A stretch of DNA of 64,000 nucleotides from Acidimicrobiaceae bacterium (GTDB lineage Bacteria; Actinomycetota; Acidimicrobiia; Acidimicrobiales; Aldehydirespiratoraceae), in contig JAPOYA010000013.1 in assembly GCA_026706815.1 (NCBI GenBank), forward strand, positions 20,378 to 84,377, in the 5' to 3' direction. Position numbers and translations under genes: made by a program. Shown in pieces: positions 1 through 9,823 of this stretch (position 1 is its first letter; every line of letters starts with the position of its first letter). The notes beneath the pieces were generated by a model, which saw only the letters and a program-made list of their open reading frames with translations, did no database searches and was not told the DNA's origin.

Positions 1-408
1 GTGCCTCGCGTCTGGGCGGTGCAGGCCCAACAATGTGCTCCTTTCGATACCGCATGGTCGCAGATACCGGCCGCAACCAGCGTGGACGAACGCCTGCGAC
101 TCGCTGAACAACAAGCCGACCGGTTGATGACCCCGTGGCCGGATCCGTCGTCTGCTGCAACTGGCATCCTCGACGATGTCACCTACGACTGGCTCGGCGT
201 GGCCCGTGCGCTGCTGCTGACCGGCGGTTCGTCGCTGGCGGCGGGCGAAGACGACATCCAGTCCGCCAACGAAGGCGTCCGCACGGCAGGCTACAACGCC
301 GACCACACCGGCAGTGCCGGCTACGCAGGCCTGCTGGCCGCGGTCCGCGAAGGCGCCATCCCCCCCACCGACACCAATGCCGTCCTGATCACGGGCACTC
401 TCCGCTAA
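1..408 (+). CDS. C-terminal fragment of a PLP-dependent threonine-synthase-like enzyme (gene starts upstream of the window)
   Basis: The frame is open from base 1 to TAA at 406-408, with GC-rich third codon positions. The C-terminal pattern (GGSSLAAGEDDI...TGSAGYAGLLAAV) only weakly recalls threonine-synthase-like enzymes. Confidence 0.4.
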   Translation: MPRVWAVQAQQCAPFDTAWSQIPAATSVDERLRLAEQQADRLMTPWPDPSSAATGILDDVTYDWLGVARALLLTGGSSLAAGEDDIQSANEGVRTAGYNADHTGSAGYAGLLAAVREGAIPPTDTNAVLITGTLR

Positions 409-544
409 CCCACCAAAACCCTTTCACCCATCCTTCACACTCCAACCAATGGCGCTGGAGCGCGATGACTGTCACAGCGACGTAACATAATGGGACAACA
501 TTACAGAAAGGCCGAGCCGCAAGGAACTAGGAGGACGTGAGGAC

Positions 545-751
545 ATGACCGAGCAGGATGATCGCTATCGCGATATTGAGGTCGACGTCTTGGACGACGC
601 CGGCGTGCTCGCTGTCATCGACAACGCGCTCGTCCAAGCCGATTGCACCTGGGAGGAACTCCAACAACAGGCCAAGGATGGACGCTTCTCCAGCGAGATC
701 GCTCGGCGAGCCTGGTTCGTCGTGTCTACCTTTGAGCCGTCGCCCGCCTGA
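545..751 (+). CDS. small acidic hypothetical protein (68 aa)
   Basis: The ATG is preceded by GGAGGA about 10 nt upstream (aggaactaggaggacgtgaggacATG). Codon bias looks coding. I do not recognise a family. Confidence 0.45.
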   Translation: MTEQDDRYRDIEVDVLDDAGVLAVIDNALVQADCTWEELQQQAKDGRFSSEIARRAWFVVSTFEPSPA

Positions 752-951
752 CCTGAAGTCACATCGTCGAGTTCTGCATTCTCGAACGACTCGTCACACC
801 CCGAGAAAACTGGAAAGAGGCACTCAACCGCTCCCGCAAAAAATACTACGACCGGCAGTTGAGGTCAGCCGTACGGCGCAACCCATCCGCAGCCGCCGAA
901 GTCCTTGAGCGCGACGACTGACAGTCGGTGACGACCTCACACGAACTGAGC

Positions 952-1959
952 TCAGCCGGGCCAGTCGGCGAAGGTGTCGATCATCAGGTTCACGTCGGGG
1001 CCCAGGGGGTAGAGGATCGGGGTGGTGCAGCCCCGCTCGATGTACTCCGACACCTTGGCCGCAGCCTCTTCGGGAGTGCCGGAGGCCGTGCAGCGCTGAA
1101 CCACGTCGTCGGGCACGAGCTTGGAGGCCGCCACCACCTGTTCATGCGTGGCGGGCCAGGTGAGAACCTGATGAATGTCGTTGAGAAGCTCATCGGACAC
1201 GCCGCTGGCAGCCATGATGTGAGGCTGCTGCCCCAAGTACTGGGTGAGCAGCAGACGCGCTCCGTCCAAGGCGACCTGGCGGTCCTCGTCGACAGAGCAG
1301 ACAATCAACTGAGGACGGTCGATGTCGTCCAGATCACGGCCCGCCGCCGCTGCGCCTGCCTTGAGCGCGTCCATGGCCCGGTCGTTGTAAGCAGGCTCGA
1401 CCATGTAGTTCAGGACCACACCGTCGGCGATCTTGCCCGCCAGTTCCATCATCTTCATGCCGGTCGCGCCGATATAGATCGGCACGTCCTTGGCGCGGCG
1501 CTCCTGATGCACATAGTCGAGCTCGACCCCGTCTAGGTGCACAAAGTAGCCGTCGTAGTCGACCGGCCCGTCGCACGCCAGCAGGGCACGGCACGACTCG
1601 ACCACCTCTCGCATCACCCTCAGCGGGCGGGACCGCTCAATTCCGACTTTGGCGGCAAGAGGGTCCCACCAAGCGCCGAGGCCCAGAATGATGCGCCCCG
1701 GGGCGAGATCGTCGAGAGTTGAGAAGGTCGATGCCAGACGGGCGGGGTTGCGGGTCCAGCAGTCGACCACACCGCTGCCGATCTTGATGGTGTCGGTTGT
1801 CGACGCAAAGGCGGCCATCGGCACGCAGACTTCGCGCACAAGCCGTGAGTCGGCCTGCCAGACAGCGTCGAATCCTCTCTCCTCGGCGTATTGGACATGG
1901 GCCATCGCGTCACGGATGCTGCGAGCATCCTGCATATAAAGGGCTACAGGCTGGGTCAT
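952..1959 (-). CDS. luciferase-like (LLM class) flavin/F420-dependent oxidoreductase
   Basis: 335 aa with LLM-family patterns ([23 protein letters not shown]). An ATGA overlap with the upstream ssnA-like gene (1956-1959) suggests co-translation. Confidence 0.8.
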   Translation of the reverse strand: MTQPVALYMQDARSIRDAMAHVQYAEERGFDAVWQADSRLVREVCVPMAAFASTTDTIKIGSGVVDCWTRNPARLASTFSTLDDLAPGRIILGLGAWWDPLAAKVGIERSRPLRVMREVVESCRALLACDGPVDYDGYFVHLDGVELDYVHQERRAKDVPIYIGATGMKMMELAGKIADGVVLNYMVEPAYNDRAMDALKAGAAAAGRDLDDIDRPQLIVCSVDEDRQVALDGARLLLTQYLGQQPHIMAASGVSDELLNDIHQVLTWPATHEQVVAASKLVPDDVVQRCTASGTPEEAAAKVSEYIERGCTTPILYPLGPDVNLMIDTFADWPG

Positions 1960-3068
1960 GACAGGTTCTCCAGTTTCTTGAAAAGGCGTAGCGCGGCCTC
2001 GGCGGCTTTGGCCCGGATCTCAGTCGCATCGACTCTAGTCAGGCGACCGTCTTCCATCACTGTCTCTCCGTCGACGGTGATGTGGCGTGGCGACACACCG
2101 GTCGTGAAGGCCAGCCGCCATGGATCCATGTCGTCGTAGTTCCAGGTCACGACATCGTTGCGGCTCTCGGGGAACAGATCACGGTTGACCTCCAGCATGT
2201 CCCAAGCGGCGTCGGGCCCGGCGGTCACGTCATCTTCACGCATACGCACATAGGCGACCCGGAACTCATCGAGCATGTCGGCGCCGATCCCGTCGGTTCC
2301 CAGTCCTGTGGCATTGGCGAAACGCGCCGGTCGTGCGTACCCGACTGCGTTGTTCATGTTGGAACGCGGATTGTGGATGAGAGTGCCGGCCAAGCCATGG
2401 TCGTCGGAGAGGTGGACTCCGTGGATGATGAGCCACTTGTCGTCGGCCAGCGGGGCGAGCCGAGCCGCCGCGCCGCGATCTGCTTCACCCTCGGCGACAT
2501 GAACGTGTACGCCGACATCGAATTCTGCGGCCAGTTCGGTCGCTGCAGTGAGTGTCTCATCGGTGCAGGTGAAAGCGGCGTGTACTCCGACCATCCCTGA
2601 CGCGCCACTCTCAAGATGCCGACGGTTCTCGGCCAGCCCGCGGCGTGCGCCTTCGGTCATCGGGCCGTCCGGGTCGAAGCGGGCCGGGTTGAAACGAGCC
2701 GGGTCCGTGCCGTCCGGATGGCGGTCGGTGACCCCGAAGCAGGTGTTGACCCGCACACCGATTTCGGCGCAACCGGCGGCGATCACTTCGAGAGAGCCTT
2801 CGATGGCCCAAGGCGACTCGTGGTGGTCGATGATGCAGGTGGTACCGCGTTCCAAAGCTTCGAGCGCGCCGAGTTTCGCCGACCATTCGACGGTGTCGAG
2901 GTCGAGTGCTCGGTCAAGACGCCACCAGACCAGTTCCAGAATATCGACGAACGATCCTGGTGTACGAGGAGGTGCAGGCATCCCGCGGGCGAGAGCCGAA
3001 TACAGGTGATGGTGCGCGCAGACCAACCCGTGCGTCTGATCGGGTCTGAGATCGGCGGCTACTGCCAC
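1956..3068 (-). CDS. ssnA: SsnA-type aminohydrolase (amidohydrolase superfamily)
   Basis: Motifs [45 protein letters not shown] and GTDG match my memory of E. coli SsnA. The ~55-aa N-terminal segment of E. coli SsnA is absent. The gene overlaps the xdhD-like gene by 10 nt. Confidence 0.7.
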   Translation of the reverse strand: MAVAADLRPDQTHGLVCAHHHLYSALARGMPAPPRTPGSFVDILELVWWRLDRALDLDTVEWSAKLGALEALERGTTCIIDHHESPWAIEGSLEVIAAGCAEIGVRVNTCFGVTDRHPDGTDPARFNPARFDPDGPMTEGARRGLAENRRHLESGASGMVGVHAAFTCTDETLTAATELAAEFDVGVHVHVAEGEADRGAAARLAPLADDKWLIIHGVHLSDDHGLAGTLIHNPRSNMNNAVGYARPARFANATGLGTDGIGADMLDEFRVAYVRMREDDVTAGPDAAWDMLEVNRDLFPESRNDVVTWNYDDMDPWRLAFTTGVSPRHITVDGETVMEDGRLTRVDATEIRAKAAEAALRLFKKLENLS

Positions 3069-5635
3069 GCCAGTGCGCGCTCGCGGTTGGATTCAGCCTG
3101 CATCGGCAATTCGCTGCGCCACTCCCCGTCGAAGTTGCGCAGGGCCGTGGCCACCGCTCCCGCGGTGGGAACCAGCCCGATCTCGCCGACGCCCTTGATC
3201 CCGTATGGAGAGTTGGGCTCAGCCGACTCAACAAGGATCACGTCAACCGGCGGCATGTCCTTGGGGCGGATGATCCCCAAGCTTCGCAAAGTCGTATTGT
3301 CGGGCCTGCCGACCTCATCGCAGGGGAACCCCTCGGTCAGCGCATAGCCCAAGCCCATATGGACCGACCCTTCGATCTGGCCTTCACACAGCAACGGGTT
3401 GACGGCCCGGCCCACGTCGTGGGCAGCGACAACGTTCTCAATCAGGCCAGTCTCCGGGTCAAGCACAACGAGTTGGGCAGCGTAGCCGAAAGTGGAGTGA
3501 ATGATCGGGTTCTCAACACCGTCGGACAGCGAGTTGGTCCAATCGACGCGGTACTCGCCCTCGTAGTCGACGCCCGTTCTGCAACCGTCCGCCAGCGCGT
3601 TGCGGCAGGCCTCCTGCACCGAGCCGGCGCCCATGAGAGTGCCCCTCGAGCCAGTGGTCTGGCCCGCTCCCAGCTCGCGGGTGGTGTCGACGATCACCTC
3701 GATGCGCTCAGGGTCGATGCCGAGTTCTTCCACCGCCACCTGCAGGGCAACCGTGTGTACTCCCTGGCCCATCTCGGTCCAGCAGTGCCTGACTTCCACC
3801 TGGCCGTCCTCACGGAAATGAACCACCGCCCTGGCGATCTCCTTGAAGCCGTTGCCGAGACCGGAGTTCTTGAGGCCGAGGCCGAGCCCGACTGGCTTGC
3901 CCTCGGCAACAGCCGCGTCGTAGGCAGGCTTGACCGCGTCGAGACAGGCTCGGGCGCCGAGACACCCGTCGTCCATAATCTGCCCCGGGCCCCATATGCG
4001 ACCCGGCTCGACCACGTTGCGGTTCCGCATCTCCCAACCGCTGATCCCGACCGCGTCGGCAAGGCGGTCCATGACCCCCTCCATGGCGAACTGGGCCTGG
4101 TTGGCGCCGAAACCGCGGAACGCGCCGCCTATAGAGTTGTTGGTCCGCGCTGCTATCGCCTCGACATCGATGTTGGGGACGACGTAGGGGCCGCTGGCAT
4201 GGCCCGCAGCCCGCTCAAGCACCTTCATCCCCACCGAGGCGTATGGACCCGAGTCGCCCAGCATCCGCGCGTGCAGGGCTGTGAGTTTGCCGTCGGCATC
4301 ACATCCGGCTTGGTACTCCATGCGGATCGGATGCCGTTTGGTATGCACGAGCAGCGATTCCTCGCGTGAGAATGTGGTCTTGACGGGACGACCCAGCAAC
4401 CAAGCCGCCAGCGCCGTCTGGCCCTGGTTCGACATGTCCTCCTTGCCGCCGAAAGCACCGCCGTTCGACACGAGTTCGACAGTGATCCGCTCGGGGTCGA
4501 TGTCGAGGACAGCCGCTATGTCGTTGCGGTCGTCCCAGATTCCCTGCCCCCCGCTGTAGACCATCAAATCGCCGTTGTCCTCGGGCACTGCCAGGGTGGA
4601 TTCGGGTTCTACGAAAGCGTGGTCGATGCGCTGTGTCTGGAAGGTCTCACGCACTACATGGGCTGCGCTTGCCAGAGCAGCCTCAGCATCGCCGCGCGAA
4701 TAGACGGATCTCGACAGGATGTTGCCTTCCAACCCCCAGACGGCGTCCTCGTCGGAGGCGACCGCTTCAGCAGGGTGAACCATCGGCGGCAACACGTCGT
4801 AGGCGATGTCGACGAGGTCCGCTGCGGCCCGGGCGGTCTCACGGTCGCCGGCCACCACCATTGCCAGCACATCGCCGAGATAGCTGGTGCGACCCCCGAC
4901 CGGGATGAAGATGGGCCAGTCCTTGTGAATCAGACCCACGCGTAGCTTGCCCGGGACGTCGGCAGCGGTAAGCACCCGCTCAACTCCCTCGACTGCTTCG
5001 GCTCTGCTCGTGTCGATGGCGATGATGTCGGCGCGGGCGTGATCGGCAAGCTTGAACGCTCCGTGCAGCAGACCCTCGGGTCGCATGTCGTCGATGAAGG
5101 GACGCAGTCCGACTGCCAGTTCGAGGCCTTCGTATTTGACGCCGCGGCTGCCGATGCCGCCGGGTGTGACAGGTTCGGGGATGTCGCCCGAAGTCAGCGC
5201 TTCAACTGCGTCGAGAACTTTGATGTAGCCGGTGCAGCGGCACAAGTGCCCACCAAGGTGGCGGGACGCTTCTTCACGGGTGAGCGCCGATCCCTTGCGA
5301 TCAAGCAGGGCTTTGGTGCGGACCACGATCCCCGGGGTGCAGAACCCGCACTGCAGCGCGCCGCATGCCGCGAACGCGCGGGCCATGCGGTCAACCTCTT
5401 CAGGATCGAAACCCTCGAGCGTGGTGATCGCGGTTCCCTCAGCGCGGTCAAGACCGACCTGGCACGCAACCCGAGCTCTGCCGTCGATCAATACGGCGCA
5501 GCAGCCGCATTGTCCGGTGGGCGAACAACCGTCCTTGGGTGAGGTGATATCCAACTCTTCGCGCAGCGCGCTCAGGAGATGTGGATGGTTCCCGCGGATG
5601 GTTACCGGAGTTCCGTTGAGTTCAAATGTGGTCAT
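3059..5635 (-). CDS. XdhD-like molybdenum hydroxylase: fused [2Fe-2S] + molybdopterin-binding subunit, no FAD domain
   Basis: 858 aa. The N-terminus has CSPTGQCGCCAV and CGFCTPG...CRCTGY iron-sulfur motifs. These are followed by the aldehyde oxidase/xanthine dehydrogenase hammerhead and MoCo domains (GGAFGGKEDMS). Confidence 0.85.
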   Translation of the reverse strand: MTTFELNGTPVTIRGNHPHLLSALREELDITSPKDGCSPTGQCGCCAVLIDGRARVACQVGLDRAEGTAITTLEGFDPEEVDRMARAFAACGALQCGFCTPGIVVRTKALLDRKGSALTREEASRHLGGHLCRCTGYIKVLDAVEALTSGDIPEPVTPGGIGSRGVKYEGLELAVGLRPFIDDMRPEGLLHGAFKLADHARADIIAIDTSRAEAVEGVERVLTAADVPGKLRVGLIHKDWPIFIPVGGRTSYLGDVLAMVVAGDRETARAAADLVDIAYDVLPPMVHPAEAVASDEDAVWGLEGNILSRSVYSRGDAEAALASAAHVVRETFQTQRIDHAFVEPESTLAVPEDNGDLMVYSGGQGIWDDRNDIAAVLDIDPERITVELVSNGGAFGGKEDMSNQGQTALAAWLLGRPVKTTFSREESLLVHTKRHPIRMEYQAGCDADGKLTALHARMLGDSGPYASVGMKVLERAAGHASGPYVVPNIDVEAIAARTNNSIGGAFRGFGANQAQFAMEGVMDRLADAVGISGWEMRNRNVVEPGRIWGPGQIMDDGCLGARACLDAVKPAYDAAVAEGKPVGLGLGLKNSGLGNGFKEIARAVVHFREDGQVEVRHCWTEMGQGVHTVALQVAVEELGIDPERIEVIVDTTRELGAGQTTGSRGTLMGAGSVQEACRNALADGCRTGVDYEGEYRVDWTNSLSDGVENPIIHSTFGYAAQLVVLDPETGLIENVVAAHDVGRAVNPLLCEGQIEGSVHMGLGYALTEGFPCDEVGRPDNTTLRSLGIIRPKDMPPVDVILVESAEPNSPYGIKGVGEIGLVPTAGAVATALRNFDGEWRSELPMQAESNRERALAWQ

Positions 5636-5658
5636 AGCTTCTCTTCTCTGACAAAGGT

Positions 5659-6906
5659 CTACCCGTCTTCATCGGCCAAGCCTCGCAGAACGTGCAACAA
5701 CACGTTGGCTCCGGCGGCGATGTCGTCTGGTTCGGTGTACTCGAAGGGGTTGTGCGAAAGGCCCATCCAGCTGGGGGTGAAGATCATGGCGGTTGGACAG
5801 ACTCGGGCGAGCATCTGCGCGTCGTGCCCGGCGCCCGAAGGCATCCGCTTGAACGAATGACCCAGTGCTTCGGCGGTGGCGGCAACCCGGTCGACAACCT
5901 CAGGGTCGAAGACAACCGGCTCGAAACGGGCCAGCGACCTGGAGGTGATCGTCACGTTCTCGCTTTCGGCCAGTTCATCACAGAACACGGCGAGCTGTTT
6001 TTCTGCCTGCTGCAGCATCATCTCGTCGGTGTTGCGGAGGTCGACCGTGAGCGTGGCGTTGGCGGCCACGACGTTCACGAGGTTCGGGTGCAGCTTGATC
6101 TGCCCGACCGTCGCAACCTGCCGACCCCCGAGTTCCAAGGCGAGCTCGCGCACGAACACAGCGATGCGGGCCGCCGCATATCCGGGATCGCGTCTCAGGT
6201 TCATAGGCGTGGTGCCTGCATGGTTCGATTGGCCTTTGATGGTGATCTCGGTCCAGCTGATCCCTTGAACGCTCTCCACAGCCCCGATCGTGACGCCTTC
6301 AGCTTCCAGTACAGGCCCCTGTTCAATGTGCAGCTCCACGAACGCATGGGGCGCCGCGGCCGGGCAGGGAGCTCCGCCCCGGTAGCCGATGCGGTCCAGT
6401 TCCTCTCCGAGGACCGCTCCGTCGATTCCAACAGTGTCAAGTCCCTCTTCGAGGCTCATCCCGCCCACATAGACGAGGCTGCCCAGCATGTCGGGCGGGA
6501 ATCTCGATCCCTCTTCGTCGGTGAAGAACCCCACAGCAATCGGGCGGCGGGTCGACAGTCCGGCCTCGGAGATCGTCTCGACCACTTCGAGGCCGGCCAG
6601 CACACCGAGGTTGCCGTCGTATCGTCCACCGGTGCGGACGGTGTCGATGTGCGATCCCGTCATGACTGGATCAAGAGAGGCGTCGGTGTCCGGGCCCGCC
6701 CAAACCGCGGTCACATTGCCGATCCCGTCGATGGTGATCTCCGTCCCGAGGTCGCGCATCCAGGTAAGGACCAGATCCCGGCCCGCTTTGTCCTCGTCGG
6801 TCAATGCCAGACGCGCGCAGCCGTCGGTGTTCTCAATCGCGCCGATCCGGGCGAGTTCGTCGATCCGCCCCATAAGCCGGTCAACGTTGATCCTAAGGTC
6901 CTCCAC
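5659..6906 (-). CDS. M20-family Zn-dependent amidohydrolase (allantoate amidohydrolase / N-carbamoyl-amino-acid hydrolase type)
   Basis: 415 aa. The N-terminal pattern RLMGRIDELARIG...GCARLALTDEDKAGRDLV, SHIDTV and GRYDGNLGV are typical of this family. Confidence 0.8.
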   Translation of the reverse strand: MEDLRINVDRLMGRIDELARIGAIENTDGCARLALTDEDKAGRDLVLTWMRDLGTEITIDGIGNVTAVWAGPDTDASLDPVMTGSHIDTVRTGGRYDGNLGVLAGLEVVETISEAGLSTRRPIAVGFFTDEEGSRFPPDMLGSLVYVGGMSLEEGLDTVGIDGAVLGEELDRIGYRGGAPCPAAAPHAFVELHIEQGPVLEAEGVTIGAVESVQGISWTEITIKGQSNHAGTTPMNLRRDPGYAAARIAVFVRELALELGGRQVATVGQIKLHPNLVNVVAANATLTVDLRNTDEMMLQQAEKQLAVFCDELAESENVTITSRSLARFEPVVFDPEVVDRVAATAEALGHSFKRMPSGAGHDAQMLARVCPTAMIFTPSWMGLSHNPFEYTEPDDIAAGANVLLHVLRGLADEDG

Positions 6907-6967
6907 GGCCGTATTCTTACACCAAAATGGGCAATTCTCTAGGAAAACTGTCCGAGCATGTTCCAGG

Positions 6968-8464
6968 TCAGGGTTGGGCGCCGGCCATCAAGAGGCCCAA
7001 GTCTTCGACGGTGCAGTCAGAGCGGTCGATGACCGCAACGATCCGACCCTCAAACATGACCGCCACGCGATCGGCGAGTGCCAGGACCTCGTCGAGGTCT
7101 TCGGACACGACAAGCACGGCCGTTCCCTGCTCGCGTTGGGCGATCAGGCGCTCGTGAATGTACTCGGCCGCACCGATGTCGACCCCGCGGGTCGGTTGCG
7201 CCGCGATCAGCACCGCCGGTTCAGCAGACAACTCTCTGGCCATGATCAGCTTTTGGATGTTGCCTCCCGACAGAGCACTGGTGGCAGTGTCGATCGACGG
7301 AGTTTTGACGTCGTAGTGCTCGACGAGCCGACCGGCTCGCTCCCGCAGAGCGGGCAGCTTCAAGAATCCCCAACGCGAGTACTCCTGCGAATCGTGGTTG
7401 AGCAGCATCAGGTTCTCGTTGACACTGAACTGAGCTACGGCACCGTGAAGCATGCGCTCCTCAGGAACAAAAGCGAGACCGGACGCGCGGCAGCGTCTTG
7501 GTGAGGCGCCTGTGGTGTCCTGACCGTCGAGCAGAACGGTGCCGTCGGTGACCGGGCGCAACCCGGCCACTGCTTCACAGAGCTCACGCTGACCGTTGCC
7601 GGAAACGCCTGCGACACCGACGATCTCACCGGCGGCGACAGAGAGGTCAACCCCATGAACCGCCAAAGCGTCGCGATCACCCATGACACTGAGGTTTTTG
7701 AGTTCCAGCCTGGACTCACCCGCCGTCACTGGTGGTTTGTCGGGAGCGAGTTTCACGGGTCGGCCCACCATCATCTGGGCGAGTTGTTGTCGAGACGTCT
7801 CACCGGGGGTCGTCGACCCCGAAACCCTGCCGTCACGCAGCACGGTGATCCGGTCCGACAAGGCCATCACCTCATGGAGCTTGTGAGAAATGAAGATGAG
7901 GCCGCGCCCGTCGTCGGCGATCTGCCTGAGGGTCACAAAGAAGTCGTTGACCTCCTGGGGGGTCAACACCGCGGTCGGCTCGTCTAGGACAAGCAGTCGA
8001 GCATCCCGGTAGAGCGCCTTGAGGATTTCAACTCGTTGACGTTCCCCCACCGCGAGCTGCCAGATCAAGGCATCTGGATCCACGTCGAGGCTGTAGGTTT
8101 CTGACAGTCCAGTGAGGCGTTCGCGGACTTGATCCATGTCAGCGGTGCCCAGCCCCAAGGCCACGTTCTCGGTGACCGTGAAGGTGGGGACCAGCATGAA
8201 GTGCTGGTGGATCATCCCGATGCCGGCTTCGATCGCGGCAGCGGGAGAATCGACCTGAAGCGGCTCTCCCTCGAAGTCAATGGTCCCCTCATCGGCGGCA
8301 TAGAGGCCGAAGAGGATCTTCATCAATGTGCTTTTACCTGCCCCATTCTCGCCGAGGAGCGTATGCACCTCGCCGCGACGCACATCAAAATCAACACTGT
8401 CGTTGGCGAGCACTCCGGGAAATCGCTTGGTGATTCCCCTCATCTCGAGCATCAAGTCAGTCAT
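6968..8464 (-). CDS. ABC transporter ATP-binding protein, duplicated cassette (BMP/nucleoside-type importer 1)
   Basis: Contains Walker [10 protein letters not shown], signatures [15 protein letters not shown] and [15 protein letters not shown], and Walker B LLVLDEPT. Confidence 0.9.
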   Translation of the reverse strand: MTDLMLEMRGITKRFPGVLANDSVDFDVRRGEVHTLLGENGAGKSTLMKILFGLYAADEGTIDFEGEPLQVDSPAAAIEAGIGMIHQHFMLVPTFTVTENVALGLGTADMDQVRERLTGLSETYSLDVDPDALIWQLAVGERQRVEILKALYRDARLLVLDEPTAVLTPQEVNDFFVTLRQIADDGRGLIFISHKLHEVMALSDRITVLRDGRVSGSTTPGETSRQQLAQMMVGRPVKLAPDKPPVTAGESRLELKNLSVMGDRDALAVHGVDLSVAAGEIVGVAGVSGNGQRELCEAVAGLRPVTDGTVLLDGQDTTGASPRRCRASGLAFVPEERMLHGAVAQFSVNENLMLLNHDSQEYSRWGFLKLPALRERAGRLVEHYDVKTPSIDTATSALSGGNIQKLIMARELSAEPAVLIAAQPTRGVDIGAAEYIHERLIAQREQGTAVLVVSEDLDEVLALADRVAVMFEGRIVAVIDRSDCTVEDLGLLMAGAQP

Positions 8465-8544
8465 GACCTTCCCAAGCTGGACTTGGTTGACAGAGAAGTG
8501 TCGGGGGCGCGCCGCTGTTGGCGCGCCCCCGAACGGACAAAGGA

Positions 8545-9789
8545 TCAGCCGACCCTGGTGGTTACGTCACCTGCGATAACCGCTTCGATGGTGGAGTCCA
8601 CCAAATCGGTGATGCTGTCGGGCACGTCCCAGTTGCCGTACTCGATTTGGAGACCGCCATTCTCAAGGTTGATCTCATAGCTGGAGCCGCCGAGATCGCC
8701 GTTGTTGATGTCATCGACGAGCTGTTGGAGGGCGACTTCCCAGCGGTACACCTGGCTTGCCGCTACCACTCCGTCTTCTGCTGCGCCGGTCTGGTTCGAC
8801 TGCGTCCCGAACCACAAGACGCCTTCATTCTCGGCGACGCTGATCGCCCCCACGGTCATCTGAGCCGTGCCAGTGAGGATGTCGGCGCCGTTGGACACGA
8901 ACCCTGTGGCAGTCTCAGACGCAAGCTGCACATCGGCGAAAGACTCTGTGTAGACGACGTTCACTTCCGCTCCGCCCGCTTCTGCGCCTAGGCGGAAGCC
9001 GTCCACGTACAGCTTGGCATCGCCGACCTCGATCGGACCGACAATGCCGACGTTGCTGCCGAGTTCGGCGGCAGCAGCGCCGAGGACGTATCCGCCCTGG
9101 TCTGATGCAGCCGTGTAGGCGGACACGTTTGGCAGACCGAACGTGTCGACCGCGGTGCCCCAGGCGAATGCGGTGTCGGGGAAGTCGGGAGCGATCTCCT
9201 GGATCAAGCCGCCGTACTGCGAGCCGTGCCCGATGATCAGGTCGATGCCGCTCTCGGCGTACTGGCGCAACGCCACACCGGCATCTTCAACGATGAAAGT
9301 TCCCGGCGTTATAACATGCGACGAAATTCCATCAAGACGTTCGACGCTGTCGACGATGCTCTGAGTGAACGCCAAGTCGTTCTCGGCGCTCGGAGCGACG
9401 ATGGCCACACTGATTCCCTCATGGTCGCCGCTGTCGTCGGCCATGTCCGAGCCGTCGTCAGCCATGTCCGAGCCGTCTTCGTCAGCCATGTCCGAATCGT
9501 CTTCGTCAGCCATGTCCGAGCCGTCGTCAGCCATGTCCGAGCCGTCTTCGTCAGCCATGTCCGAATCGTCTTCGTCAGCCATGTCCGAGCCGTCGTCAGC
9601 CATGTCCGAGCCGTCTTCGTCAGCCATGTCCGAATCGTCTTCGTCAGCCATGTCCGAGCCGTCGTCAGCCATGTCCGAGCCGTCGTCGCCCGAATCCACT
9701 TCCTCGGCGTCGTCATCATCTCCACACGATGCGGCTACGAGGCTGAACGCAGCGAGCAACGCCACAAGAAACAACATTGTCTTTTTCAT
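8545..9789 (-). CDS. BMP-family (PnrA/Med-like) substrate-binding lipoprotein 1 with Asp/Met repeat tether
   Basis: Has a signal peptide and lipobox (LVAASCG), then about 90 aa of DDGSDMA/DEDDSDMA/DEDGSDMA repeats, then a BMP-like periplasmic binding domain. Confidence 0.85.
   Translation of the reverse strand: MKKTMLFLVALLAAFSLVAASCGDDDDAEEVDSGDDGSDMADDGSDMADEDDSDMADEDGSDMADDGSDMADEDDSDMADEDGSDMADDGSDMADEDDSDMADEDGSDMADDGSDMADDSGDHEGISVAIVAPSAENDLAFTQSIVDSVERLDGISSHVITPGTFIVEDAGVALRQYAESGIDLIIGHGSQYGGLIQEIAPDFPDTAFAWGTAVDTFGLPNVSAYTAASDQGGYVLGAAAAELGSNVGIVGPIEVGDAKLYVDGFRLGAEAGGAEVNVVYTESFADVQLASETATGFVSNGADILTGTAQMTVGAISVAENEGVLWFGTQSNQTGAAEDGVVAASQVYRWEVALQQLVDDINNGDLGGSSYEINLENGGLQIEYGNWDVPDSITDLVDSTIEAVIAGDVTTRVG
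9440..9688. repeat. 69-bp tandem repeat, three identical copies plus a partial fourth, inside the SBP1 coding sequence
   Basis: The unit gccatgtccgagccgtcgtcagccatgtccgagccgtcttcgtcagccatgtccgaatcgtcttcgtca occurs identically at 9440-9508, 9509-9577 and 9578-9646, with a partial copy running to 9688. Confidence 0.95.
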
Positions 9790-9823
9790 TTTTCCCTCCT
9801 GGGTACTCGTGACTGAGTGGAAA

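Noticed and set aside
5692-6942. A 416-aa plus-strand ORF antisense to the M20 amidohydrolase. There are many similar long antisense or overlapping ORFs, for example 13359..14303(+), 14228..15370(+), 20290..21228(-), 47023..47982(+), 48259..49071(-) and 55534..57228(-).
   Set aside because: These are typical shadow ORFs of high-GC DNA. Their translations are Arg/Pro/Gly-rich with no recognisable motifs. Each lies entirely inside a gene on the other strand that has clear family signatures.
9440-9688. A regularly spaced repeat array considered as a possible CRISPR.
   Set aside because: The repeats are directly adjacent with no spacers. They are in frame inside a lipoprotein gene and encode an Asp/Met low-complexity linker.
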